Assembly: GCA_051294375.1 (NCBI GenBank)
Contig: CM119270.1
Span: forward strand, 18,015,710 to 18,079,709
Length of the DNA: 64,000 nucleotides
Direction: 5' to 3'
Source: Paraspadella gotoi
Lineage: Eukaryota > Animalia > Chaetognatha
Shown one piece after another: positions 10,492 through 24,380 of this stretch. The position numbers and the translations under genes are program-made. The first letter of the stretch is position 1. Each line of letters starts with the position of its first letter. Under the pieces are notes generated by a model, which had not been told where the DNA came from, did not search any database, and saw nothing but the letters and a program-made list of their open reading frames with translations.

Positions 10492-11813
10492 GTCTGTCTT
10501 TCTTTCTTTCTTTCTTTCTTTCTCTCTCTTTGTCTTTCTCTGTCTCTGTCTTTCTCATTGTCTTTGCCCACTTTTTATGAAATTAATTTTGACCGAGATC
10601 AAACAATCTGCCTTAAAGACTATATGATATAAAGGAGACAACATTTTTATTGATCTTATATCGATTTCGCCGTTGTCATGCGTTAGGCGATATTGTGACA
10701 TCTGTCAAATTTATGGCAACTTCTTTTGTTTTGTTTTCTTTTTTTTTTTTCATCGTAATGTGATCGTTTTGTTCTTTTGTTGATGAATATTTGCAGTATT
10801 TTTAAATATTATTTTGCAATAAAATTTGTTTTAGAATCTCGTTATATTATTTTTGTACGTCGAAAAAAAAAGTTACTCGACAATTTATCGCTGACCCGAG
10901 AAACCTAAGAATTCGTAGCTTTGTCTTTTAAAAAATACTAAAAAAAATGTTTAATTCATGATCACACTGAAAAGGCGAACCGGTATTGATCGAATTTTCT
11001 TTTTTTAATAAACCGACCCCAAATATATGCTGCAATCCATCAAGGACCGGTTCCAGAAAAAATTGAAATAAATGGGATTGAGGGAATAAGTCTCCAACAT
11101 TTGTCAAAACTCACGCACGTCAAAATGTGAGAAAACCAATTGACGCCATGCAAATTATTGCATTGGCCCTTCTTTCGAGAAAAAAAAGTTAGCGAAAAAA
11201 TGTTAGGAAAAAAATTTTCGGTGGGAACATATTCGTTATAAACAAAATTAGAATTTAAAAAAAAAAGAAAAATACTTTTAACCAAAAAAAAATAATATTT
11301 GGAAAGGTAAAGGTATGAAGCATTGCGACTTAAAGTATCGACTCTTTACCAGTTGACAGTATCAACAAAAATGACTCAGTATTTCGCGAAACGAAATGAA
11401 ATTATATTAAGTTAAATTAAATTAATTAAATGAAATGAAATTAAATTATATTAATTTATATTAAATTAAATTAAATTTCGTTAAATTTTTGGTCATGGGA
11501 TAGTTTTTTATATGATTATGTAAATCTGTGCATATTAATGGTTCTCTGTTACCTTCCCTTCTTACCAAAACAAACTTACTTTTATTTAGTATCACCCAAT
11601 TTGTAATTATTTAAAATATGCCGACTGACCGACCAAAGACGGACTTATAGAGTAGGACCGCAAGTACCAAGGCAATGCCCGACAACCAAACATAACTACC
11701 GTCGCGTCACAAGTTAATTCTTAATAAAGAATAAAGTTTTCCTTTCTCGTGGCTCAATTTCATTTACACGGACTTTAGACTGGAGTGAAATTATTGAAAA
11801 GATAAGACGATAT

Positions 11814-11860
<47 letters not shown>

Positions 11861-13946
11861 TTCAATTGGATGAAAACTCTCCTTTCAGTGACAATTTAAC
11901 AATTTAACAATTTTCCGTTGTTTAAATTAGGTTTTAATCTCCACGTTATGACTTTTTTTCATATGAATTTTATATTTATTTTTTTCTACCGCAATCAATA
12001 TCAATGGCAAATGTTTATCTTAAGATATTTTAAGGTCAAACTGCAATTAATTTGACGGATTTAAAGAAAAAGAAAGAAATGCAAAAGGAAATCTTAAATT
12101 ACAGTGTAAGATATCAAACAACATTGTTCCTAAATAGAAAATAATATATGGAAACTTTTTTTTTTGGTAACACGTACCACGTTGAATATTACCAGCATGA
12201 AATACGACCAAGGCGCAAGTTGTATTAGAGTATAATTCAAAATTGTGTGGGTGCAACACAAAGTAGAAATCAATTTAATTCATATTTGACATCAATATTT
12301 CATCCACATATATATATTTAAGTTTATTAAAGGAAAACTCTCTCCAAAGTTATCAAAGCTCGTTAGAATGGGAAATGTGTTATTAGACCAAACCTGCCTC
12401 CTTAAAAAAATGGATGAAGAAACAAAAAGTACTAATGAACTTTCAAAGGTAACCAATTGAAAAGTATTTAGGTTTATCTAAGTTCGACAATATGCAAATG
12501 AGAGGGAGGCGGTAAAAGTCCTATGGGATGAATTAAATTTTTTTTTGACACACGCAATGGGGCATTGTGACAGGTTCGCCTATAAACTTGATTCCGTGAC
12601 TCCTTAAGTGAAGTCAGCAGCTCACAACCCAATGCTACCAGGATCTATCCCCAAGGGCTACAGACCTATATACTGTTTTCAGCCCACTTCGTAATGAAAA
12701 AATTACTGAACGGTTTTTTAAACTTAACGATTTTTTTCTTAAATATTTATTATTTAAACTCTGTTGCAAACCAACGTTGTAATTCTTACGCTTTTTATGA
12801 TTGGACGCGTATAACAGTGAACTTCGAAGAAGAAGGCTTTTACCTCAAAAATAAAAAAAATCCTAACACGGAGAAGCAACTAATTATTTAATAAATATTA
12901 AATAATAAAAATAAAGTAAGAAACATTCTCACCTCTCAACGAAGCAAGACGTCTTCCTCTCCGGATGGATGTCGCGTCTCTGACGAAAAGACGGAGTCTC
13001 AAGTTTTATGAGGAAGTTCTCCGAGGAGGAGGAGGAGGAGGAGGAGGAGGAGGAGGAGGAAGTAAAATATTCAGAAATGAAAGGAGATAATGGATTAATT
13101 ATGTCACTTTTTTTTTTCTTTTTCATAGATAAAGAGAAAAGGAAGCAAATGAACTAATAACGTCATCTTCTTTTGAATCAATTATGTGTTTTTGTTTAAG
13201 AGAAGGAAATTTAAGAGATATTGTTTTATTTATTATTTATTAATTCATAGAAATACATAAGTCAGTAATATATATATGCTTTATATATTATACATGGTCC
13301 ATATTTTTTTTCTTATCGAACTAATGAAGTAAAAACAAATGCTAGATTCTCTAACTTAAAAGAGTTCATTTCAAATTGTGCCGTAACAACCCTAAATATC
13401 CATTGAATAATATAAATATTATAATATTACGTTATTCTTATACTATACGTTCCCATAATAAAGCTATCGAGCTACAAAAGGTCATTCAACTGTTGTTCTA
13501 CTGCAAAAAAAAAAAATAACCAAGTCAAATTCAAGGTCTGACAAAATCGGTGCGATATATATTATTCCATAACAATTCCGATCGGTTGAAAAAACATGTC
13601 AAAACACAGGATAAAGTAAAAAAGTAAATTTTCTCTTCTTCTTCCTTTCTTTTTCCTTATACTCCTTTCTTCCTCTTTCTTTTTTTTCCCACGTCCCCTT
13701 CCTCTCATTTCTACTCTTTTCTTTCTCCCTATACTCCTTTTTTTGACCTTCCCTATTTCTCCCTTCCTCCCTCCTCTTACCCCTCTCCTTCTCTCCTTTC
13801 CTCCCTCACCCTACCCCTTTCCTCCTCTTCCTTTCCTTTCTTTCCTCCCTTTCCTCCTTTACTCCTCCCCTTACCCCTATTCCTCCTTCCCTCCTCTTCT
13901 CCCTCCCTCTTACCCCCTCTCCTCTTCTCTCCTTTCCTCCCTCACC

Positions 13947-16900
13947 CTACCCTCTCTCCTCCTTCCCCACTTCCTCCCTTTCCTCCCTCTTCTTCTTCTC
14001 ATCCTCTTCTTCCTCCATCATCCTCGTGATTTTCGTGAGAAGATCTTCCTTCTCCTCTTTCCCGTGAATGTTTCTCACGTGACGTTGAAGATTCGAGGAA
14101 ATCGAGAAGCAACGATCGCATTTTTCGCATCTGAAATCAACGATGGAATTTAACAATTTAATTAATAATTGAATTAAATAGTGGAATTATTGAAACAATT
14201 CATTATTATTTCATAAACTAGACATTCTATACTTGATCAAATCATTATATCCAAAGCAATCGAGGTGAAATGGTTCCTGTCCCATTTATTTTCAAAATTA
14301 CCAGTTAATCTTATAATAGTAATAAGTCAAATGTTTCAAATTTAAAAAAAAAAACTTTTTTTAGAAATTAAATAATCATAAGGCTCATTATTCGAAATCA
14401 AGAGTGCTGTAAAAATCTTGAATTTAATTATCATTTAAGCGTGACCTCATCCGAAAATAATTTCCATCTAACGAAATCAACCACGAATCGAACTCCCCCC
14501 ATCCCTTCTCCCCTCACTCCCCCCCACCCACCACCCCTGCACCCTTTTTCCCTTCCCCCCCATCCCTGCCCCCTACTCCCTCGGCCCCCCTAACGCCATC
14601 CTCACTTGTAAGGCTGTTCCCAGTGTGGTTCTCAAGTGTCTCGTCAGATTCGCCGAACGCGGAAAATGTTTCCCGCAAAACTTGCATGCGTAGCGGCGGC
14701 GGCGGAGGCGGTCGGCGGCGGGCTGCGGCGGATAGGCTGCGACGCCCGCGGCGGCCGGGACTGATCCGGCGTCGGCGGCGGCCGCTACCGGAACCGGAAT
14801 GGCGGCGCCGGGAGAGAATCTCGGCGTCAAAGTGGAAGAGTTAGAGTCGGAAAGAGCGCCGAGATTCGGGGCGCCAACGACGCCGGTTGAACCCACGGCG
14901 CCGTAATAAAATGATTGACCCGAGGGAAACGGGCGAACGACTTCGAAGCGACCGTGGTAATTCTGAGGTCGCTGTGGCTGTTGTAATTGCAGATGGTGCT
15001 GTTGTGACGTCGGGAAATGGTGAAACACAGGGGATGAGGAGGAGGAGGAGGAGGAAGACGAAGAGGAAGACGATGGACCACTCGACGGCCTTTGAAACTT
15101 CCTGTCGTCCTCATTGGATGCGGATTTTATTGCCGATTCGTCGTCGAACGAATTGTGCTGAATCGAGACAAGGTAGGGATTCTGCAGCGATTGATGTTGT
15201 GGATCGTATTGTTGCTGTAGTGGATAAATCGGTGGCTGCTGCAGAGAATGCTGCTGTTGCTGTTGCTGATGAGAATGTCGTTGCTGGAGATAAAACTCTT
15301 CTTCCCTGGATCTACTCAAATCGAGCGGCGCCTCGGATCTCGACGCGGCGCCAGTAACGACGCCGGGGACGACTCGAACGGCGGCTTTGTCTAGAGTTGG
15401 CGCCGCTTCTCTAGAAAGGTCGTCTTCGCGGCGACGATATCCCGAAGGCGGCGCTTTCGGCACCACCTGTTCGGTTCGGCCGGTGACGGCGTCGATTTGA
15501 TCGCTTCTCGGCAAAGTCCATTCGTCTCCTGCGCCACCGGCGTCACCGGCGCCACCGGCGTCTCTTGTTGGCGCCGTCCAAGAGGAACAAAGATGCGGCG
15601 CCGACGGAGCTTGACAATCGGAGCAGGAACAAGGTCGGGATTGAAGAGAGCGCTGGCTGCGCTGCTCCTGCTGTTGCGGCTGCTGTTGATAAACAGTCTG
15701 TTGCTGTAGCTGCTGTGATTGCTGCAACGAATGAAGATGTTGAAGAGGCTGAGGGGCGTAGGAAGGCTGCAACGCTGGAGTCGACATACGAGAAGAGTCT
15801 GGCTGTTGCAGAGAAGGTTGCTGCGAGAAAGAATGCTGCAAAGGTGGTTGCGGCAAGGGCGGTAGAGGGGGAGCGCCGGGTGTCGAGGACGTGGAATCGG
15901 GCGTCGCCGATTCTTCCGCCCACAATCTGATGGAGAAGTGATTGACTCTCGCCGACGCTGGAGACATCTGGCAGCCGCAGGGGCATTTGGAAGTGGGGCC
16001 AGGGGTGGAGGGGTTCGTGTCTATAGGGGCAAGGGTGGGGGTGTGACCTGGAAGGAGGACGTTACGCGGCGGCGGACTCGCCAGCGTCGCTTCAGGGCCG
16101 CGCGGTTGCAGCAGAGCAGGATGAGGCGGCGGCGGCGGCGGCGGCGGATGTTGATGCAGCCGCGGCGGAAAAGCGTAGCGGGACGAGTCCGCGCTGAGTA
16201 ACGGATCCGGTGCCGGGGAGAAAGTGGAAGGCGCCAAGGGGGCGACCGAGGGCGGCGCCCAAGAAGGCGTCAGGGAGAACGGAGGAGGCGCCGGGGATGG
16301 AAAAGGCGCCCAGGATGGTGGATGAGATTCTCTGGAAGGAATAGAGGGCACAGTAGATTTTTTTAAAAAAGTGGGATTTGAAATTAATTTTTTGGGGATT
16401 GAATATCTCGTTTTGGGCCAACAGAATGTGCAAATATAAATTAAAGATGGAGGTGTTAAAACGTCACTTTGGCGATTGTAGGGGGGGGAAACAGAATCGC
16501 ACAAGTTGGAACGATTTAAGAGAGAAAAAGAAATAGGGGAGTCTTTTTCGGAATAGAAGACATTGGGGATTTAGTTAACCGAATACATCGGACTCATTAA
16601 AAATTCACGAATCTAATCTCGTTTGGTCGACGCAAAAATCGGGGACTTTTTCTCCTTTTAAATCCTATCACTATTCGATTTTCTATTTTATTTACTCGCG
16701 GGAGGGGGGCGGGGGGGAGGGTTATGAAGTCAGATCCGCAATGGAATTTTTTTTTTTTTTTTTTTCCTTTTCTTTCAAAAAAAAGGAACCTTGATTCATC
16801 TCTTCTATTATTCGCTCTTCCTTCTCTGCCCGTCCCCATTGTAATCCTGCTCATCTTTACCCTCCTCCTCCTCCTCTTCCCACTCATCTTCATCCTTATT

Positions 16901-17046
16901 AACTCCCGTGCCCTGGGGCGATTTTCCCACAATTAAGTTCCCCCTACCCCCAGTCCGGAGTTTTGTCTTTAAATATCCTGTCGGCTTTCTTTCTTTTTTT
17001 TTTATCTTTCTTTCTCTTTTTCTTTTTACTTTCTTTTCTTTTTCAT

Positions 17047-17077
<31 letters not shown>

Positions 17078-17078
17078 C

Positions 17079-17109
<31 letters not shown>

Positions 17110-17110
17110 C

Positions 17111-17146
<36 letters not shown>

Positions 17147-17572
17147 TATTACTGTCTTTCTTTCTCTTACAAGTTCTCCCTTAAGCTTACATCTCTGATG
17201 TGTCCCCTTTGGCATAAACAGATAAAAAGTCATTAAACACACTTGAAATTTTTATGTGTCCCGTCAGAGTTCAGGGGACAATTTGTGATTGATGACAGAA
17301 AGGTAGTTTTCACCAATCTTAGTTCTTCATCAATTACTTATGATATCTATAATAGAACTGAACGAACGATAAGTATCTAAGACCCTCTTAAAACGGTTTG
17401 TCGGACAGTTCACGATCCAAGAGTGACATCCTAAACAAAGGAACAATCTAAAAAAACGTGCTGCAGGTTAAAACATGTGCGTTGAATCTTTTCACCACGT
17501 GTAAATAGGTGCGGCATTTTTTAGGGTCAGTTGAACTTACCTCGGCGACGCTTGCTGCTGAATCAAAGTCAT
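13947..17572 (-). CDS. Evi1/MECOM-PRDM16/hamlet/EGL-43-like C2H2 zinc-finger repressor; exons 17572-17541 (candidate start), 16331-14606, 14130-13947
   Basis: [22 protein letters not shown](HTGEQ)PYK|[25 protein letters not shown] is the diagnostic distal ZF8-9 of MECOM/PRDM16 (two homopolymer indels in the HTGEQ linker near 14620). CtBP-binding PLDLS at 15314-15328; P/Q-rich body; phase-2 junctions [11 protein letters not shown]|ESHPP and PYK|CEK use GT-AG. Confidence 0.85.
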
Positions 17573-18451
17573 TTTTTTTTATTGTTTGGAAACCGATAAG
17601 AAAAAAAAAACTTCGGGTATATCTAATGTTTTGTATGTAATGTTTTCAAAAAACCGACAGTCGTTTGTTGACAAATTTAAATGTACGTTAGTTTGTTAAG
17701 AAAAAATGACGACTCGATCAAAAGAGAAGAGACGCTTCAAAACAAAATGGAGGCGTCGATCTTCGAAGATCGAAAGAATTTTTTTGGGGGAGAAGCCTCG
17801 CTTGGACGAGAGAGGAAGAGAGACAGAGACAGAGACAGAGAGACAGAGGAAGAGTCGAGAGTGTCGAGAAAGTCTCTTCCTTCTCTTCTCGGGGAGAAGA
17901 CAAGGGAGGAAGAGGGGGAAGAGAAGGAGGAAGACTTTGGGGTGGAATGGCGGGACGATGACGAAAGACGACGACGACGACGACGACGAAAACGATCCAG
18001 ACGAAGATGGACCCGCTTCTAGTTAGTCACGCACTTTCCCAAATTCCTTCGCGGAGAAATTACAAACGTGGTACATCGGGGGAGGGATTCCCTCACTGAT
18101 TCAATATATATATCCATTCAGGCATTTTGACTAATACTTGAAAAAATGTCATTAATTGTCGATCGATTAGCGTTTGTGATCTTTTTGGGTTTAATCATCG
18201 AGGGAAAAAAAAAAACTATCAATTAATGAGAGAACTTAATTCGAAAGTTAATTAGGTTACAAAGTCTCTCACGGTTATCGTTTGGCAAAATCCTCCCCCT
18301 CGGGGAAAAACGAATACATTTTTAATCATCATTAAATCGATGAATCGTAGTACATAAATTGTAGGAATTAAATATCATTAACGTTGGATTCGATATCGTG
18401 ACAACGTGAGGCAATGGACGGCGATTGCTTGAATCAGAGGATAAATATGCT

Positions 18452-18642
18452 GGCTCTCTTTTCCCAAGGCGTCCCATTTCGGTTCCTATATCCCCGAACG
18501 TAAATTCAACCCAGATGTTTAACTATAATCTGTTACCAATCTTATAACCTGATCCCTAATCCCTAAACATTATTGCCGAGTCTTTAACCCAAAATTAATT
18601 TCAAATTTAAGATGAAATGGAACGTTTTGCGAAAATGGAATC
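18452..18642 (+). mobile_element. MITE-like family A copy
   Basis: ggctctcttttcccaaggcgtcccatttc ... gaaatggaacgttttgcgaaaatggaatc with internal taacc/taatccc repeats. Confidence 0.55.
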
Positions 18643-19815
18643 GAAACCCTCGCGACCAAAATTCAACGATGGATGTCGAGAACGAAAATTTTTTCGGCGG
18701 GAAAAATCGTCTTGACGACATCGCGATATCCGAGGGTGACTCAACCGTGAGAGACGGGAACAATTTGCGGATTAATTGATATTATTTCATTTCAAAACAT
18801 TAACACAATTAATTTTTTTTTTTTGGGGTCGCATCTGCTGGAGGAGAGGAAGGACGACGACGATGAGAAAGACGATGAGGGGAAACAATGACACTGATCC
18901 AAGAAGAGGATGACAATGAAGACGATGGAGATTTAATGACAACGATGACAAAATTATTGATGCGTACGGGGAAGGCAAAGAAAATTGGTAAAAATGAACA
19001 ACAAAGGCGACGGCGATGACAATTTTGTCATTATCTCATGGGATAATGACAAGATTATTAAAATATTAAAAATTAGTACAATAAACATATGGTAAATAAC
19101 AATTGACAACGAGCAAACAAATAGTAAATAAAAATAAAGCCAAAACTCAAAAAAGGAGCTGACACTTTCCTCGCAGGAGACGTACGACAAGAGCGACAGA
19201 CGACGACAAGACGAACGACGACGACGACGACGATGCGACGACAAGAATACACGAGACGACGACGACGACGACGAACGATACGACACATGACGACGACGAA
19301 AGACGAACGACGAGACGGACGGACGACGACGAACGGACTCTGAGGGACACGGGACCTTTTTTCGAATTGTTTTCCCACAGGGACGAAGACGATTCGATTG
19401 AAACGAGTCACTTTAATTGGCGAAAAGACGATTCCAGACCAGGAAGACGAAGAGAGGAGGAGAGAAGAGAGAAGAGAGTGAGGAGAGAGAGAGAGAGAGA
19501 GATGAGAAGAGAGAGAGAGAGAGAGAGAAGAGAGAGCAAGAGGAAGAGAGAGACGCTCTCTCCACAATTTCTCGCTACGATTCCATCGGAAGTGAATCAT
19601 CACGTCATTCAAAACAACTAATATTACATTTCCTACGTTCGCTTTAGAATGTGATACAGAGTGTTTGAGTTTTCGCCCAAACTTTTATATCACGTCTTGG
19701 GTTTTTTTTTTTCGGGAATAAAAGTAACTCTTACATCAATAAAACTTGATACATTTGTGCTTCTCAAAAATACGTACATATTTGGCTTTATATCATTCGG
19801 AAGTTACTCTGTAAA

Positions 19816-20236
19816 CATTCATTCATTCATTCATTCATTCATTCATTCATTCATTCATTCTTTATTTCATTCATTCATTTATTTATTCGTTCATTTATTC
19901 ATTCATTAATTCATTAATTAATTAATTCCTTCATTCATTCATTCATTTAATCATTAATTAATTAATTAATCCATTCATTCATTTATTCATTAATTCATTC
20001 AATCATTAATTCATTCATTCATTCATTCTTTCATTCATTAATTAATCCATTCATTCATTCATTAATTCATTAATTAATCCATTCATTCATTCATTCATTT
20101 AATTATTAATTAATCCATTCATTCATTTATTTATTAATTCATTCAATCATTAATTCATTCATNNNNNNNNNNATTCATTCATTAATTCATGCATTCATTC
20201 ATTCATTAATTAATCCATCCATTCATTCATTCATTA
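19816..20236. repeat. Degenerate (ATTC)n array; complementary (GAAT)n at 36448-36712
   Basis: Direct inspection. Confidence 0.9.
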
Positions 20237-20649
20237 TACCCTTTTATGTGATTTTTCATCGTTTTACACTCCAGACTACAATTTCAAATGTGGGAGATGC
20301 CACGAGATCGACGGCAATGATGCCAAATTAAAAACAATTTATCCTTGACATTTTACGACGACGACGACGACGACGACGACACGACGACAACGACGACGAC
20401 GACGCGACGACGACGACCGGTTGTGTTGACTCACCTTTCGTCGCGGGTAAGGTCGTGGTAAGTTCGAAAGGGAGGGAAAAGGTTGGCAGGAAGGGAACTT
20501 ACCGCGATGGGAAGTAAACTTCGCACCCCGACCAAGAAAAGAAGATAGCCTTACCCTCGCATGAGAACTTACCCAGAAAAAACTCGCCCACCGATGGGAA
20601 ACGGGAGGGAAACGGAAATAGAGATGAGAGAGAGATGATATCAGAAGAT

Positions 20650-20680
<31 letters not shown>

Positions 20681-21922
20681 TGAAGAGAGAGAGAGGAGAG
20701 ATGGGAGAGGAAGGACGAGAACTTAGAGGAGAGGAGAGAGGAGATGAGAGAGGGAGAGAGAACTCGGTTCTTAGGCTTTGACGTTTATTAGCGGAACCTT
20801 TTGACGTCTTCCACTTGGTTGAACGTTGAATTTAAGCGATGTTAATTGACTTTCACGCCGTGAAAGTTGACGGAATCGGTGAGCGTGAGAGTGATTGCTG
20901 TGGCGGTGTTGGGCGGTGATGGGGTGATGGGGTGATGAGGGTGACTGTATTGGGTGAAGATTGCAACAGGGGTGAATGATTGTCGCAAGATATTTTTTTT
21001 TGTAACCCTTGAACTTTGAAGGCTTTATTTATTTTTTTAATTAGAAACCAGTTAGACAAATAAATAATTTATATAAAATAATATAATATATAAATCATTT
21101 TAATAATAATATAAATAAATAATATAATTAATAATAATATATAATATAATTATCTATTTCTAGGAAATTAAGTATCCCGTTCTTGCCACGATTTATATTC
21201 TTTNNNNNNNNNNNNNNNNNNNNNNNNNNNNNNNNNNNNNNNNNNNNNNNNNNNNNNNNNNNNNNNNNNNNNNNNNNNNNNNNNNNNNNNNNNNNNNNNN
21301 NNNNNNNNNNNNNNNNNNNNNNNNNNNNNNNNNNNNNNNNNNNNNNNNNNNNNNNNNNNNNNNNNNNNNNNNNNNNNNNNNNNNNNNNNNNNNNNNNNNN
21401 NNNNNNNNNNNNNGATTTTACTTTTGGTTTCACTTGTAAATTATAAAAGTTTAAATAAATCAATTTGCCAAAGTTAGCGGTGCTAATTTTTCAAATTCTC
21501 TCGTACAACCAAAAATTTCTTGTTAACTTTAAAGTTTAATGCTAATTAAAAAAAAATATAAAAAGGCCATAATATTTCATAGGCGATCGAACGATTTCTT
21601 TTCGTGGATTAACTTTTCTTACTTCGCATCGATGCCTCGTCTAAAAAAAAATTATTAAAAACGAAGCCGAGAATTAATTATGAAAAAATAAATAAAAATC
21701 ATCATCGAACAAGAAAAAAAAATGATTTCTTTCTCAAAAACTTTGTTCCGGTCGCCGAATTTGTTTTTGTTCAGTCGGAACACGCGAGTCCGGACAAGTC
21801 TGTGGACAAAGATTAGGACAAAGGCTTGGACAAGTTTCTGCCTCACAAAGACGGGAAACTTTTATTCCATCCCCTCTCCTGGGAACCTTGTTCCGAGATG
21901 AGTCTCACGCCATCTTTCGTTC

Positions 21923-22021
21923 GACCAATCAGAGGTCGAGGATTAGACTCTTCGCGTGAATTGGCCAATAGGAGGACGAGGAGATTTTATTTAGTGTAAT
22001 ATGGGCCAATCGGAAGTCGTG
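21923..22021. promoter_or_regulatory. Triple CCAAT (NF-Y-type) boxes with ~40-bp periodicity
   Basis: gaccaatcagaggtcg (CCAAT 21925), ggccaataggaggacg (21965), ggccaatcggaagtcg (22006). Confidence 0.5.
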
Positions 22022-24380
22022 AGATCGAAAAGTCAAACAAGAAGAAGAAAGCTTAAAAACCATAAAGAATTTGGGGTCAACAGCTTTGTTCAAAATTGCA
22101 ATCGATTAAAGACTGTGATATGTGAATAATGATAACAACTCTTCTCTACATGATTACTACCTTTAGTAAAATTATCACTTAATTAGTAATAAAGAACATG
22201 TAATTTTCGTCGATTAGTTTTTCATTTTTAACCTTTATGATCCAAAGATAAATGCGTACGTCTATTGATCCTTTAATGATGAGAAGGATATGCAATCATT
22301 TGGCGCTTCCGGCGACAATGATCTCTCTCTCTCTCTCTTCTTCTCTCTCTCTCTCTCTCTCTTCCTCTCTTACTCACCTGCTCTCTCTCTCTCTTCTCTC
22401 CTTCTCTCTCTCCTCTTCTCCTCTCCCCTCCATGATCCCCCACCCGAAATCTCCTCCCCGTTCCCACGCTCGCCAACCCCCGGAAGGTCAAGGGGGGTTC
22501 CACGAGCTGAGGTTTCGTGTCTCGTGATGCGTTTGGCGAGTTGGTGTCGTGGAGAACAAGGGGGAATCGAACCGGGACTCTGATAATATGAGGGAGACAG
22601 AGATGCCCTCCGCCCCTTTCTTCCGTGCGGAGAGAGAGAGAGAGAGAGAGAGAGAGGAGTCGAGAGGAGGAAGGAGAGAGGATGGGAGAGAGAGGGAGAT
22701 GAAAGAGAAGAGGAAGGAGAAGGAGAGAAAAGGTAGGAGAGACGAGTAGTCGGTGTGTACCGCGGATAATTATTAGATTAATTAATTCGGTTAAATCAGC
22801 AAACGCCCGGTGAGGGGAAAAGTAAGAGCAAAAAAAAATTCAAAATACAGTCGATAGGAAAAAAATTTTTTTATCTTGGTAACAGTATATATTGTGTTAC
22901 TTTTAAGTAGATGAGAGAGAGAGAGAGAGAGAAAGAGGAGAAGAGAGGGATGAGGAGAGAGAGAGAGAGGAGACTCTCGATGCCACTACCACAGTTAATA
23001 TTTCCTTCTATCTCCCTCCCTTCCCTCTTTCCCAAGAGCGTCGAAGATTCTCTCTAGATTTAATTAACGCATCGAATTTAAAAGGAAATCATCCTGAACA
23101 ATATGTGGCTTATTGGTGCTACTGTGAGCGGAGGGTGGCGGGGAATCTCCCCCTCGCAGGGGAGAAAGGGGTGATGAGGGAGAGGGGGAGAGTAGATGGA
23201 AGGAAATCGTCTCCCTTGATCGATTTCTTAGTTTGAATATTTTATAATATTGTTTAATACAAATTAGTCCATATATTATATATATTCTAACGTCGAGCGC
23301 TTACACACTTTAACAGATGATAACCATAGCGATCGGCTTTTCTTATCACTATATCTTAACTTTAATCCACTGGGAATCAAAATTTGTTTATTGAATTAAT
23401 TTAAAATAATTAAATAGATATATCTGTTTAATACTATCGACTTTGTTTATTTGGTAAACTCATGTTTCGACTTAAAGAGTGTACTTCCATTAAAACGAAA
23501 TGTTTCTGAGATGATTTTAAATACATCTTCCATACTTTAATCAAAAAAAATTAATTCAGATTTAAGAAATTGAATTTTGAATCAAGAAATTTTTCTCATT
23601 GGAAAAAATAAAACGATGGACAAGCCATCAAGTTTATCCGATGCCGCAAATACGACGGAATGAGTTACGGCTACGGAGCCGGCGCTGTTGCTGATGAGGC
23701 GCTGAGGAGAAGCTGCGCCGGTTCTACTCTCGGCTTGCGGGCCGAACTGCGAGATGAATCGGATGCCATCGGCGCATATAAATCATCAGTGCAGAGCGGC
23801 AGGAGTGCCATAACGGAGGACAGGTGCCATCGGCGGCCATGTGGCATCGGGCAATCTTTCCTCAGCTCCTCAGGTATTAAAGCATCCTAGATCTAAAACA
23901 CATTTCGTTCTCTTTGATTAACACCGAAGACGAATGGAGAGGGAGAGAGAGAGAGATGAGAGAGAAGAAAGATAGATGAGGAGAGAGAGAGAAAGAGAGG
24001 AGAGACAAAGAGAGAGAGATGATGGGAGGAGAGATGAGAGAGAGGACGAAGAAGAGTGAGGAGAGAGAGAGAGAAGAGAGAGAGACGAGAGAGAGAGATG
24101 AGAGAGAGAGATGAGAGAGAGATTCTTGATGGTTTTTCATGGGGACTCGGAAAAGAACACGATGGGGCAAAAGGGGGAATAAGAAAAGATGAGCTTTCGA
24201 GGGGAGAGGGGATTTTTTAGCCGAACAGATGTCGGATTCGTGTTTCTCATTTTCAATTAAAGAATTAAAATTTGATTTCATAAAAGAACCCCCCCTCGCG
24301 TGACCACGCCCACACTGCCACCCCCGCACGTTGACACGCTCGCTTTTCCGTCATATCGAGGTCTCGCGTTCGAGTCTTAC

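Noticed and set aside
12933-13126. Minus-strand exon-like ORF (…FRQRRDIHPERKTSCFVER|GTGAG) as a downstream exon of the Evi1-like gene or a separate gene
   Set aside because: Good donor but no acceptor, no convincing partner exons and no recognisable motif; left unassigned.
14606-14630. Programmed frameshifting or RNA editing to explain the indels in conserved genes
   Set aside because: Indels sit in homopolymers and differ between duplicated copies, the signature of sequencing error.
23660-23890. GC-rich block as next exon after the eh1 exon, or a hammerhead ribozyme (ctgatgag)
   Set aside because: Available acceptors give a phase mismatch or immediate stops; no GAAA core with paired stem II.
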